A DNA stretch of 64,000 nt from Folioceros fuciformis (lineage: Eukaryota), in assembly GCA_049999805.1 (NCBI GenBank), contig JBNGIO010006370.1, positions 311,212-375,211 on the forward strand, in the 5' to 3' direction. The notes beneath the pieces are model-generated. The model was given only the letters and a program-made list of their open reading frames with translations. It had not been told where the DNA came from and did not search any database. This document shows positions 1 through 10,828 of this stretch, in pieces. Each line of letters starts with the position of its first letter. Within the stretch, counting starts at the first letter, position 1. The translations under genes and the position numbers were made by a program.

Positions 1-940
1 CTCCAGAGCAGTGAAATCCACACTTGCACATGCTTGCAGGAGGCAGACATATGTCACAGAATTGGGTGCAGCTATGCCTTCATGTCGCATTTCACTGTAA
101 AAATGAAAGGCTTCCTGACCCATGCCCTGCTGGGAATAGCCTAATATCAAAGAGGTCCAGGTCACCACATTCTTCTCATGAAGCCTGTCAAACACGCTCC
201 TCGCTTGCTCCAGGCTCCCGCACTTTGCATACATGTCCACCAAACAACTGCAAACAAACACATCTGGGTCACCACCAGCGGCCAGCAAGTCAGCATGGAC
301 CAACTGCCCAGATCGCAGGTCTGCTGCTCTCGCGCAAGCCTGTAGCGCTGCAACAAACACATGCCCGTCTGGATTCATCCTCGACCTGCGCATCCTGTGA
401 TACAGCTCTATGGCCTGCACAACCTGCCCATGTCTAACATGGGCAGAAATGATGGACGACCACATGAAGGCATCTGGAGTGGCAACCGAGGTGAACACCG
501 CCATCGCTTCCTGCAAGGTGGCGTGAGAAGCATACATCCGCAAAATGTGATTGCACAAGAACGTGTCCAAATGATACCCACTTTTCACCATCAGAGCATG
601 CACACGGCGGCCCAGAACGACATCCTTCCTGAACGAACACTTTTTGAGGACGGTGAAGAGGAGGAGGGATTTGGAAACAGGACGGCCAGCCTGACCTGCA
701 GCAAACCTTCCAGAGTGTCCAAGGCATCATGGAGCTGTCCCTGCTGACACAGATTGCGCACTGTTGCATCGCTCACTTCGAACTCGTGTCCCGGGCCTCA
801 GAGTCTCCGTGCCATCCGGCCAGCTAGTCGACGACGAGTAATTCGCCACACGTTGCCAGTGTCCGTATCCCACAAACGACTATGGCAACCCACGCTCTTG
901 TGGGATCCGAGTACAAAGAAATGCCCTCCACAGGAGCCCT
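1..940 (-). pseudogene. Frameshifted PLS-type PPR gene related to the GRP/PDF family; runs off the left edge
   Basis: Minus-strand frame from ~685 to 1 reads LFTVLKKCSFRKDVVLGRRVHALMVKSGYHLDTFLCNHILRMYA...DAFMWSSIISAH...CLVDMYAKCGSLEQARSVFDRLHEKNVVTWTSLI, colinear with the paralogs. The upstream 'TVRNLCQQGQLHDAL' is in another frame (frameshift near 690), and there is an in-frame stop in the degenerate N-terminal module near 880. Confidence 0.75.
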
Positions 941-1469
941 CTTACAAGCTCTACACCACGCATGACACCAGCCAGTCATGTGTGCCCTCTCGAGGGCTTC
1001 ACTCGTTGGATGTGCCCTCCACAATCGGTAACCTGAATCCTCTGCTAAAGAGGACAAGCACTTGCAGTCTCCAGGGGCCAGCAAAATACTAGCAACTGCC
1101 CAAAATCATGCACGCCATTCGTCATGAGGAATCGAAACTTGGATGCAGGTTTCCTGTGGACATGTGAAGAAACACACACGGCAGATGGCAAAACTGCCAC
1201 CTGAGTAGCACAAAGATGACAATATCACAGTTTCAAGAGAAGCCGAGGGAGAATGGTGCGACATGCTCCTGGAGCCACACCCAAGGGACGCGACTGTCCC
1301 AGCAGGAGTCAGGGTGATATACACGTACTTGCAAAAGTGCGTAAATCTGGAGCTCTGGCACAAGAAAGGCTCACATCAACTGTGACACATCCACGATCAC
1401 GACTACCAGGGTTTGCACCTGTAGTGAAATAATCTCTAGGAAGGAAGGGAAAGGAAAGGGCAGAGGAAG

Positions 1470-3338
1470 ATGGTGGATGCCGAAAACCTTGCACCATCAG
1501 CATCAGTATCAGCACCTGCACCTGCACAGACTCCTCCTGACCCGACTCCCGCTCCTCCTATCGATTCCTCGCCTCAGCCTTCAAGAAGCTCAACGCTGCA
1601 CCGGGTGGTGTCCTTCTCCCAAGCCCCGAAACCATCCGACGGAAGCCAGGATGAGGTAGTGCGACTGAGACGAGAACTTGCTTCCTTGAAGCAGGAGACT
1701 TCAAAAGCGCAAGAGCATGTGGCCGGGTTGCAGCAGAAAATAGACGACAGGATCAAGCAGGCGGCGAGCTTAGAACAAAAGATTCGAGATGGCCAAAAGG
1801 AAGTCGACAAGGTGATCCATCAGGTAAAAGAGAAGGACAAGGAGATCGAGAAACTGAAGCTGAAGTTGCGCAAACTCGAAGAGAAAGAGGCCACAGCAGT
1901 CAAGACCAAGGAGGGGTGGGAAACGCGTTCCTTCTTCTCCTCGGACCCGAATCGTCAAAAATGCATGGAATGCGGGAGGCCGAGGGTGTATACGGAGGGA
2001 ACCCACCACAATCTAAGCTCCAAGGACCAGGACTACAGATGGATGTCACACGAAATGGACGTCGTGGGCAGAATCGGGGAACTGTACAGCCAAATCCAGC
2101 ACCATCTAACCCACAATGAGGAGCTGGCGGAGGTACCAGACCTGGCCACGACAGCAGACAGCAACAAACCCCACTCCGACAGAGGAAGTTCCATTCAGTG
2201 CGCCCTCATCTACACAGACTGCATGCAGACACTGGACGTCCGCCATCCTCCCGCAGCCCTCGCCATCCACGAAATCCCAACCCTGATGCACCAGCAGATT
2301 GACCGCTTCCTGATCCCCCGACGCCTGCCAGAGTTCCACCCATCCACCTACAACTGGTTCACCATCCCCAGCCTCCCGCTCGACAGAGCCGCCAGCACGT
2401 TCCAGAATTTCGCCAACGTGGCCCTTGTCCTGAACCCTAAACGCCATAGCCAGCCCCTCTCAAGCTCCATCTCCCAGCTCCGGTGCAGGCTCAAGCACAT
2501 GAGCCACGCAACCCAGGAGCTGGTTCGCCTTCTCCTTCTACACGAAAACTCCATGGCCGCCTTGTGGCGCGAGCGCTGCGACTGGTACCGGGGTCTGCAC
2601 CCTGCAGGGCAGAGCCTGCTCGCCGGCATGCTGTCCAGGCTGCAGGCCGCGGCAGCGGCCGGGGCAGAGGAGGCGGCCAGGCTGAGGGCTCTAGTGCGGG
2701 CATCCGAGGAGCGGGGGAAGCAGCAGGCTTCCTCCCTGCAACACTCGAAGACAGCCCTGGAATGCAAGGAACAGGATCTGGCCTCCGCCCAGAACGCTCT
2801 CCACACCTGGCGCGGCCAGGAGGACATGCTTCACAGCCGGGGGGAGGGCTGCGACCGGGAGGCGGAAGACCTCCGCCGCAGACTCGCGCTGGTGACACAG
2901 CCCATGTGCCACATCTGGGTGGCAACATTCTTAGAATCCGTTCGCCGGCGCATAGTTCAGGATCTTTGTGTTGGGTTCGCGGATGTGATCCCGTTGGAGG
3001 ACGCATCCGACTCCATGGACGACTGGAATGCAGTTCTTGCCAGAATTAGCGACACCCCGGATGCCTGCGCGCTGCTGGATTCCAAGGGCCTGCACCGGGA
3101 TGGATTGGAGATCACCCGGTTGGGTGCCCGGTACAGTGATGGACACCGGACATTACACGATCTCGGGAACGCGGCTGCCACTAGTGCTGGGAAGGAGGAG
3201 GTTGCGGAAGCCATCGCCAGTTTGGAAGTACCCCATTCCTACCGTTCTCTTCTCAAACAGCTCTACGCATACATGTTTTCTCACGAACCTCTCGAGTGGC
3301 ACATTACCATATCCCTTTCGCTATTGAAATCGGGCTAA
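1470..3338 (+). CDS. Uncharacterised 622-aa coiled-coil protein with Pro/Ser-rich N-terminus
   Basis: Single long ATG-initiated ORF with two heptad-rich charged segments (aa ~60-145 and ~395-475) and a CxxC (CMECG). No family recognised. Confidence 0.65.
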   Translation: MVDAENLAPSASVSAPAPAQTPPDPTPAPPIDSSPQPSRSSTLHRVVSFSQAPKPSDGSQDEVVRLRRELASLKQETSKAQEHVAGLQQKIDDRIKQAASLEQKIRDGQKEVDKVIHQVKEKDKEIEKLKLKLRKLEEKEATAVKTKEGWETRSFFSSDPNRQKCMECGRPRVYTEGTHHNLSSKDQDYRWMSHEMDVVGRIGELYSQIQHHLTHNEELAEVPDLATTADSNKPHSDRGSSIQCALIYTDCMQTLDVRHPPAALAIHEIPTLMHQQIDRFLIPRRLPEFHPSTYNWFTIPSLPLDRAASTFQNFANVALVLNPKRHSQPLSSSISQLRCRLKHMSHATQELVRLLLLHENSMAALWRERCDWYRGLHPAGQSLLAGMLSRLQAAAAAGAEEAARLRALVRASEERGKQQASSLQHSKTALECKEQDLASAQNALHTWRGQEDMLHSRGEGCDREAEDLRRRLALVTQPMCHIWVATFLESVRRRIVQDLCVGFADVIPLEDASDSMDDWNAVLARISDTPDACALLDSKGLHRDGLEITRLGARYSDGHRTLHDLGNAAATSAGKEEVAEAIASLEVPHSYRSLLKQLYAYMFSHEPLEWHITISLSLLKSG

Positions 3339-3531
3339 CAGCGCCGGCATGAGGTTCTCTGTCCAGTCCTCTCCTCGGAGTACACAGGATATCGGGCGAT
3401 CCTTATTTCTATGGATTTTCAAAAACGTATCGGAGTTCCCCTGTGAAGGTTGCTCATACACACAGCAGCTCGGCATTCGGCCATGGTCTGTTGCGAGCCC
3501 TCATCATTCGACCGACGGTGTCCCCTGATTG

Positions 3532-6111
3532 ATGGCCTCAGTATGGCTATCAGAACCCATCCGGACACAACAAATGGGTGTATGTACGGGAATGCTACGA
3601 GCAGGTCCCCTTCCCCTCACCTCAGGGATTGAACCCCTGGCAAACAGAGCCTCCGGCTGCAGCATTGTGAAGAGCTCAGCAGTTCCATGTCAGGGTGGGG
3701 ACAGCTTTTCCAGCGATGGTCGCTGCCAGAGGCTGGAGCAAGAGCAGAAGCATTTGTGGCCCCAATTCTTTCTGGAGCCTACCATGTGGTGGGACAACAG
3801 ACGAGCAAAGAAGAGCTCCCGTGCACCTCACTTCCGGCGTAAGGGGTCAGGCGAGGTCCCTTGGTTAAACATGTTAAAGCCAGGTTGGGTTGACGAGCAG
3901 GTCGTGACCTTGGATAAGCAGATGGGTCATGGTCCCCTTCGTTCCAATTCGAGCAGCAGGCGTGACGGATGGGAAACGGGCGTCGTAACGGCTGGGACCG
4001 TGAGCATGTTATGTCAGCAGGGGAAGCTTTCTGAGGCTGTCGGAGCCCTGGAATGTCTGACGCAGACGGACTTTGCCATTCCCCAGTCTCTCTTGTACAC
4101 TGTGCTAAAGCTGTGTACAGCCAAGAAGGACTTGGTTGTGGGGCGACGAGTTCATGATCTCAGTATTAGACTTGGGTTCGAGTCGGATGTATACTTGGGG
4201 AACCACATCTTGCGTATGTATGCATGTTGCGGTAGGCTGGAGGAGGCCATGGATGTGCTCACCAGGGTGGGTACACCAGATGCCTTCATGTGGTTTTCCA
4301 TAATTTCTGCGTACGCTAAACATGGGAAGGCTAAGGAGGCCATACAACTGTATCTTGAGATGTGTAGGTCAGGAGTGAAGGCGGATGCTCACGTCTTTGT
4401 AGCTGCCCTTCAAGCTTGTGCACTTGCCGCTGACTTGAAATCTGGCAGGCAAGTGCACTGTGATCTGTTGCACAGCGGCATTCCTGCTAACTTGTTTGTT
4501 GGCAACTGCCTGGTGGATATGTATGCAAAATGTGGTGAAGTGACAGATGCACGCCAGGTCTTTGACAGCATGGCCTCAAAGGATGTGGTGACATGGAATG
4601 CCCTGATAGCTGGGTATACCAAGCAAGGGTTTGGCCAGGAGGCTCTTGTTGTGTATGGACAGATGGAGCGGGAGGGCGTGCTTTTGGCTAACGATGTTAC
4701 CTTTTCTTGCCTTCTCAAGGCCTGCGCGAGCACTGGTGGCTTACAGCAGGGAAGGCAGCTGCACTCGCAGATTGTGGAGAGAGGGCTGCTGAATAACGTA
4801 CTGCTCGGCACCTGCCTGGTGGACATGTATGCAAAATGTGGCGAACTGGAATGTGCACGCCAGGTTTTTGAAAGCTTGGCCACAAAGGATGTGGTGACAT
4901 GGACCGCCCTGATTGCCGGGTATGCACAGCAAGGACTGGGCCAAGAGGCGCTTGTTGTGTACGGACAAATGCAGGAGGCGGGCCTCATTTTGGCTGATCG
5001 TGTTACGTTTGCTTGCCTTCTGAAGGCCTGTGGAAGCACTGGAGCCCTACAGAAGGGCAGGCAGCTGCACTCGCAGATCATCGAAAGGGGCCTGCTGGAT
5101 GATGTAGTGGTGGGGAACTGCCTGGTGGACATGTATGCAAAATGTGGTGGACTGGAAGAGGCACGCCATGTTTTTGACAGCTTGGCCACGAAAGATGTGG
5201 TGACATGGACCGCTCTCATATCTGGGTATGGTTGTAGTGATGAAGGTCACAAGGCACTGGCTTGTTTTGAGGAGATGTTGGTTGCCGGTATTCAGCCCAA
5301 TGATGCTACCTTTACTTGCCTGTTAGTAGCGTGCAGTCACGAGGGACTGGTTCAAGAGGGCCGCCAGCACTTCGATTCCATGGGTCAACAGCATGGCATC
5401 AATCCTACTATTGAGCATTACACCTGCATGATTGATCTTCTTGGGCGGGCAGGGCATTTGGAGGAGGCGGAGAAGATGCTCTTATCATGTGAGGGCCAAA
5501 GCAATGTTGTGGGCTTGACATGCTTGTTGAATGCCTGCAAAAATCACGGGGATTTGGAAAGGGCGATGTGGTGTTTTGAAAGCATCGTGTCGCTGCACCC
5601 CCAGGAGGGCCCTGCGTATGTTCTCATGGCCAATGCCTATGCGGATGCAGGCCGGTGGACCGATGTATATAGAATTGAGGCACGGAGAAGGGTTGCAGGA
5701 GCTAACAAGAAGCCGGCAGTGGCGACGATTGAGGTGAATAAGGAGGTACATAGATTTCTGGTAGGAGAAAAGAGAGCGGATATTGCGCTTAAGGCAGAGA
5801 GCACTAATGCACGGCTTAAGCAGGAAGGAGGCCACGTACCTCACACAAAGTTGGTGTTGAAGTCAGTGTGTGAGGAAGAAAAGGAAGATGCACTCTGTGG
5901 GCATGCTGAGAAGCTAGCTCTGGCATTCGGTCTCTTGAACACTCCGAGTGGGACTCCTCTGGTGGTAACTAAGAATCTACGCATGTGCAGTGACTGCCAT
6001 AGCTCCACGCAGATCATGTCAAGGCTTGAACATAGACACATCGTTGTGAGGGATGGGTACCGTGTGCATCGATTTGCAGCTGGTTCTTGCAGCTGTAAGG
6101 GTCGACCCTGA
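3532..6111 (+). CDS. PLS-PPR protein with N-terminal PDF(OSB)-like motif, E1/E2 and DYW:KP domain ending GRP (candidate U-to-C editing factor), copy 1
   Basis: P-L-S triplets; KKPAVATIEV modified PG box; HAEKLA; RMCSDCH; terminal CSCKGRP. The first ATG is 3532 (the ORF track starts at TTG 3529). Confidence 0.93.
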   Translation: MASVWLSEPIRTQQMGVCTGMLRAGPLPLTSGIEPLANRASGCSIVKSSAVPCQGGDSFSSDGRCQRLEQEQKHLWPQFFLEPTMWWDNRRAKKSSRAPHFRRKGSGEVPWLNMLKPGWVDEQVVTLDKQMGHGPLRSNSSSRRDGWETGVVTAGTVSMLCQQGKLSEAVGALECLTQTDFAIPQSLLYTVLKLCTAKKDLVVGRRVHDLSIRLGFESDVYLGNHILRMYACCGRLEEAMDVLTRVGTPDAFMWFSIISAYAKHGKAKEAIQLYLEMCRSGVKADAHVFVAALQACALAADLKSGRQVHCDLLHSGIPANLFVGNCLVDMYAKCGEVTDARQVFDSMASKDVVTWNALIAGYTKQGFGQEALVVYGQMEREGVLLANDVTFSCLLKACASTGGLQQGRQLHSQIVERGLLNNVLLGTCLVDMYAKCGELECARQVFESLATKDVVTWTALIAGYAQQGLGQEALVVYGQMQEAGLILADRVTFACLLKACGSTGALQKGRQLHSQIIERGLLDDVVVGNCLVDMYAKCGGLEEARHVFDSLATKDVVTWTALISGYGCSDEGHKALACFEEMLVAGIQPNDATFTCLLVACSHEGLVQEGRQHFDSMGQQHGINPTIEHYTCMIDLLGRAGHLEEAEKMLLSCEGQSNVVGLTCLLNACKNHGDLERAMWCFESIVSLHPQEGPAYVLMANAYADAGRWTDVYRIEARRRVAGANKKPAVATIEVNKEVHRFLVGEKRADIALKAESTNARLKQEGGHVPHTKLVLKSVCEEEKEDALCGHAEKLALAFGLLNTPSGTPLVVTKNLRMCSDCHSSTQIMSRLEHRHIVVRDGYRVHRFAAGSCSCKGRP

Positions 6112-7198
6112 CGCTCACGTGCTCACCTGCAAACAGCTTTCTGCAAGAGTGTCTCTTGTTGAGGATCCAGCTGTCGATGAGGTTGTCTCCAGGCTGTGTC
6201 ACTCTCAGCCATACTGCTGACAACTTCTGGCCCTGCTCCTGCTTCTGGACTGAAATGCATCACTGGCCGTATAATGTTGCTGCCTGATCCTCAACATCTC
6301 CTTTCACGTAGAACGTCGGCTTTGCAAACAGTTCATCCCCTGCAGAATTGCTCCTAAGCTAGGTCCTAGGTCTTCTCTGGAGGACAGGCCACAAACATGC
6401 ATGAATCACATTTTGGTTGTAAAAGCTGGAGACTCTGAGCTTATTCAAGTGCTTCACGATGCATTCACGCCTGCCGTGGACTGACACAGGGTGAACTGCC
6501 AAAGCTTGGTAGCAGGTCTTACAGACCCTGCGCCTCGTGCGTGCCGAGCACCTCCAAGCAGCAACTGTACACCATACGTTCAATTTTGTCACATGATTTT
6601 TGGTGCTTAATGAACGATAAAATGAAGGGCTTCCGATAAACGGGGTTATGTACCGAATGGCTGGCCATTAGAAGGCGGGCGTGTGCGCACGCAAGGAAGG
6701 AGCGTGTCCCCGTAACGTCGTTACGCGCAGGGGGTGGTTGAGAAGGCGATCCTGTGGACAATCGGATCGGATCGTGAATGCGAGCGAATGAGGGTGAGCA
6801 ATTCCACATTTGCGTGCTCCAATGCCATGAGGTTGAGCAAATTCCATTGCGCTTGAACAGCGGAGCGGAGGAGCGAGCTGGGACTGTGAGACAGCTTGTG
6901 CTGGTGAAGGCACTGTGCTGACGTGCGCAAGGTGTGGATCTAACCGAACCCGGGCCATGCAGTGCAGCAGTGGGGCAAGCAGAGTGACAGGCGGCGGCTG
7001 CGGAGCACCAGGGTGCGGCATCCGGCATTGGGAGAGCACATGCGGGTGTCTGCCACATACCCTACCAGCGTGCCGGCTGGTTGCTGAGGCGCGGTCTCTG
7101 AGGCAGAGGTAGCTACATCTGGTCTGTGGCAAAGGTATCTAGATCTGGTCCAGATCTGAGCTTTGCAGTACTGCGTGGGGTGCCAGGCTCATGCGATC

Positions 7199-9571
7199 AT
7201 GTGGCGGCTCAAGCAATTTCTGCACCCGGACCACGGGGGTTCGCTGGAGGGGAAGGTAGTGGATGTAGGGCAACTGAAGCTGCAGGTGCGGAACGCCATC
7301 GGGAAGGGCGGGCTGTCCTGTGTGTACCTGGTGAAGGATGTGGTGAGCGGGAAGAGCTATGCGCTGAAGCACATCATTTGCGCAGATTCGGAGATGGTGG
7401 ATCTGGTGAGGAAGGAAGTGCGGGTGATGGAGCAGCTGCGCTGGCATCCGAACATTGTGACGCTGCACGCGCAAGCTGTTTATGATACGGGGAGGACTAA
7501 GGAGTGCTTCCTGGTCATGGATCACTGCGAGCGGAACCTGGTGGATGTGCTTGATGGCCGGGGGGCGGGATACTTCGAGGAGAAGCAGCTGTTGCTCATG
7601 TTCCGGGATGTGTGTAACGCTGTGTGCGCTATGCATTGCCAGGTGCCGCCTGTTGCGCACAGGGATTTGAAGGCGGAGAACATGCTGCAGGGGGGGGATG
7701 GCGTGTGGAAGCTGTGTGATTTTGGGAGCACTTCGACTAAACATAAGCGGTTCGAAAAGCCCGATGAGATGGGGGTGGAGGAGGATGTGATCCGGAAGCA
7801 TACCACTCCTGCGTATCGGGCACCTGAGATGTGGGATCTGTATCAGAGGGAGGTTATCAGTGAGAAGGTTGATATTTGGGCTCTTGGATGTCTGTTATTC
7901 CGGATGGCTTACTTTACTTCTGCATTCACTGGTGACTCTAAGCTGCAGATTCTTAACGGGAACTATAGAATCCCCGAGTTGCCGCACTACAGCGATGCAG
8001 TCACGGGGCTTATTAAAGACATGCTTGCGCTTAGTCCAGGTGCCAGGCCAGATATAGGTCAGGTGTGGCGACGGGTGAACGAGAGTCTTCCTCCTGAACT
8101 TCAGAAAGCTCATCCCGACGAGCTACCAAACAGATATAGTTTGCCGCTAGAGAGTGGAAGTCAAGCACCCTCTCTCAGTGGACCTCCGAATGCAGGTCCC
8201 ATGCCTTCCAGGAGGCCTCCACCGCCTCCGGTGGACTTGAGACAGTCCGTGGGGTCGACAGGGGGGGGGCCCGTGGCGCACCCCTTACCAGCTGGTGGTA
8301 GCTTTTGGTCTTCCCAGTATGCTCAAACTGTCGGAGGGGTTGTTTCAGGACCATCCGGCGATGGAAGTCCGCTAAAAGTGCAGGTCAGTCCGCAGCCTGT
8401 GGCTAACTCTCAACAACGTATGCTTGCTAGTCCACAAGCTGGGGGCAACTCTCATGGTGTTCAAGGTAGTCCGTTAACGGGTTCTAGCTCCAGTGGAAAG
8501 CCTGCTTCTACTCCACCTAAGAGCGCCCCTTCTCCTCCAAGCGAGAGCTATTCTGTCTCACAGGATGCTTCGCTAGCAGGAAATCTGGCTGGGAGATTAA
8601 AGCTATCCGGTGACGGTGGAAATGGTGGGAGTCTGCAATCTTCTCCCGAGATGAGGCAATCTGTCACAAACCGTGACTCTAAGTCTGGTGAACACAGATA
8701 CACCAGCACTCAAGATCCGCCTCCCCTTACTCACGAGGTGAAGTCAGCCAGGGGAGCCACTTCTCGACGAACCATGTTTCGACAGTCTGCAACTGCTGCT
8801 CCACAGGCAGCAGCCAGCTCGGAGCAGTTTGGGGTCAAAAATCAGTATGATACACTGCAGGTTGAGAGTCCAAGAACTGTGGGTTCTATTTGGGAGCTTC
8901 AGGAAGGACTGACCAGTCCAGTTTTTAGGGAAAGTAGGCCGAGTGTACTGTCGGGGAGTTCAGAAGCTGCAAACATGCAAAGTCATTCGGTTGGGTTGGA
9001 GTCGATGGTGGGAAGGCCAAGAGAAGGTCCTCGATTCCAGACCTATTCCAGCTCCGGAGGCGACAATGGAGTTGTTAAAGGAGATGTCCGCAGCAGTTCG
9101 GGTCGATTTAGCAGTCAGCGGATCTCATTGCTTGAGAGACGACATGAAGCAGCAGCTGCCAGCCTGAGGGAGGAGCCTGCGTTTCCAATTCCATTTTCTA
9201 GCTCTGCAGGAGAGAATCGCATTTCCAAACGCGATGTTTTTAGCTCCTCCGACCGCTTTGGTCATCGAATTCCCGTGACGGACAGAAGACAAGACGGCAC
9301 CATGGGGCGGAGAATGACTGGCAATCCCGGAGGACCCAGCTGGGCTACTCAACAAGGCAGCATGGAGTCTCCTGCCACCTTCAGCCCAAGGTCTTCTGCA
9401 CCTTTCAGCCCAAGGTCGTCTGCACCTTTCAGCCCAAGATCCTTGTCTACTTTCAGTTCGACGAATCCTGATTCATCTTCCAGTTTCCCGAACATAGATC
9501 CTCTAAACAAGCGGACTGAAAACCTTCAGGTGCGCCCCAAGACTCAGCCTGCTGGATGGGCAGGTTTCTAA
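7199..9571 (+). CDS. Numb-associated kinase (NAK/AAK1-like) Ser/Thr kinase, intronless
   Basis: MWRLKQF...LEGKVVDVG N-terminus, YALKH, HRDLKAEN, KLCDFGSTS, HTTPAYRAPEMWDL, EKVDIWALGC, a long Ser/Pro-rich tail and terminal GWAGF (WxxF). Confidence 0.9.
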   Translation: MWRLKQFLHPDHGGSLEGKVVDVGQLKLQVRNAIGKGGLSCVYLVKDVVSGKSYALKHIICADSEMVDLVRKEVRVMEQLRWHPNIVTLHAQAVYDTGRTKECFLVMDHCERNLVDVLDGRGAGYFEEKQLLLMFRDVCNAVCAMHCQVPPVAHRDLKAENMLQGGDGVWKLCDFGSTSTKHKRFEKPDEMGVEEDVIRKHTTPAYRAPEMWDLYQREVISEKVDIWALGCLLFRMAYFTSAFTGDSKLQILNGNYRIPELPHYSDAVTGLIKDMLALSPGARPDIGQVWRRVNESLPPELQKAHPDELPNRYSLPLESGSQAPSLSGPPNAGPMPSRRPPPPPVDLRQSVGSTGGGPVAHPLPAGGSFWSSQYAQTVGGVVSGPSGDGSPLKVQVSPQPVANSQQRMLASPQAGGNSHGVQGSPLTGSSSSGKPASTPPKSAPSPPSESYSVSQDASLAGNLAGRLKLSGDGGNGGSLQSSPEMRQSVTNRDSKSGEHRYTSTQDPPPLTHEVKSARGATSRRTMFRQSATAAPQAAASSEQFGVKNQYDTLQVESPRTVGSIWELQEGLTSPVFRESRPSVLSGSSEAANMQSHSVGLESMVGRPREGPRFQTYSSSGGDNGVVKGDVRSSSGRFSSQRISLLERRHEAAAASLREEPAFPIPFSSSAGENRISKRDVFSSSDRFGHRIPVTDRRQDGTMGRRMTGNPGGPSWATQQGSMESPATFSPRSSAPFSPRSSAPFSPRSLSTFSSTNPDSSSSFPNIDPLNKRTENLQVRPKTQPAGWAGF
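9370..9445 (+). repeat. 24-bp coding tandem repeat (SAPFSPRS), about 3 copies
   Basis: Unit ttcagcccaaggtcttctgcacct repeated in the kinase tail. Confidence 0.85.
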
Positions 9572-10033
9572 GTCATTTCCAGCTTTCTTTTTTTCCCTGG
9601 GAACAGAGCGCAGTCACATCTGCTTGGTTGATAGACAACTGGGGGTTGTCAGAGCCTGGAATCGGTGGTAGCGCTCGTGATCTTTGAAAACTGGAAGGTG
9701 GTGTGGACAGGCGAAGGAAAAGTAGCTATAGCTTTATTCTACAATTCGATTCCTCAGATCCTCCGTCTCCCAGCAAGTCATCTGGTACACAGTCAGAGCG
9801 TCCGCTCTCCCAACTGTGAAAGAGCGGAGTAATTTTGTGTATTTTCCTCTCTTTCCTACATAAAGCACACATTGTGCTTCGATCAATCCATCTTGAGCAA
9901 GCCTGGAGGTAGTCACTTGGCCAATTAAGCATAAATACAGTTCATGACGTCCTGCAGTTTGTAAAGCGGCGACTGGTGAGTCGACGAGTCGTAACAGGAG
10001 GTCTCAGATAAGGCAAAGACGAACTTGGAAGGG

Positions 10034-10633
10034 ATGGCGGCAGCGGCTATGGCAGTGGCGCCGGTCCTGAGTTCTTCTATGCGCGGCACGGCGTTGCCGC
10101 GCAGCTCGTCTCCTTCACTATCGTGCGCTGCAACCTTCCCGCGCCTCAGCATCCGGTGCGCCCGTGTGGGAGGGATCGAGATTCCCAATGCCAAGCGCAT
10201 TGAGGTGTCCCTGCAGTACATTCATGGCGTGGCCCAGACTACAGCGCGCCAGATCCTGCTCGACACCGGCCTGGAGAACAAGCATACTCGGGAGCTCAGC
10301 GAGGAGGAGCTCACTCGGCTCCGTGAGGAAGTGTCTAAGTATATGATCGAGGGAGACCTGGTAGTCACTCTCACTATTTCTTGTCTCTGTTGCGAGCTTT
10401 CAGCGCGGACTGGGTAGGGTTTCCTCACTCCAGCAAGTTTGTGTTCTTGTTGCGTGTAATTACAGAGGAGATTCAACGCCATGGCTATCAAAAGGTTGAA
10501 GGACATTCAGTGCTACAGGGGCAAGCGCCATATCATGAACCTTCCCTGCAGAGGTCAGCATACGAAATGCAATGCTCGCACCAGGAAAGGGAAGAAGGTT
10601 GCCGTTCAAGGGAAGTCCAAGTCCAAGAAGTAG
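10034..10633 (+). CDS. RPS13: Plastid 30S ribosomal protein S13, nucleus-encoded, 2 exons (10034-10360, 10466-10633)
   Basis: Transit peptide, then [23 protein letters not shown]...[29 protein letters not shown]...[21 protein letters not shown] intron in phase 0. Confidence 0.95.
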
Positions 10634-10828
10634 ATTGATAGTTCAATAGATGATTTAGGATTAGATTATTGGTGCCATCACAGGACAGGGTTGCATGCCG
10701 TTCTAGTTGGAGTAAATGTTCTGCTTCTCCCTCAAGGGTACGCGTATCCAGTGAAGAAGCCCCTGTGGAGTAATCCATCCAGTTTGTTGTCTCCTTGTTG
10801 CTTGTGGTTGTGAATTTGGTTGCGTGGC

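Noticed and set aside
4410-5219. Long antisense ORFs over the PPR arrays (also 50701-51504, 63261-63983 and others)
   Set aside because: They are shadows of the repetitive sense-strand PPR codons and show no independent protein features.
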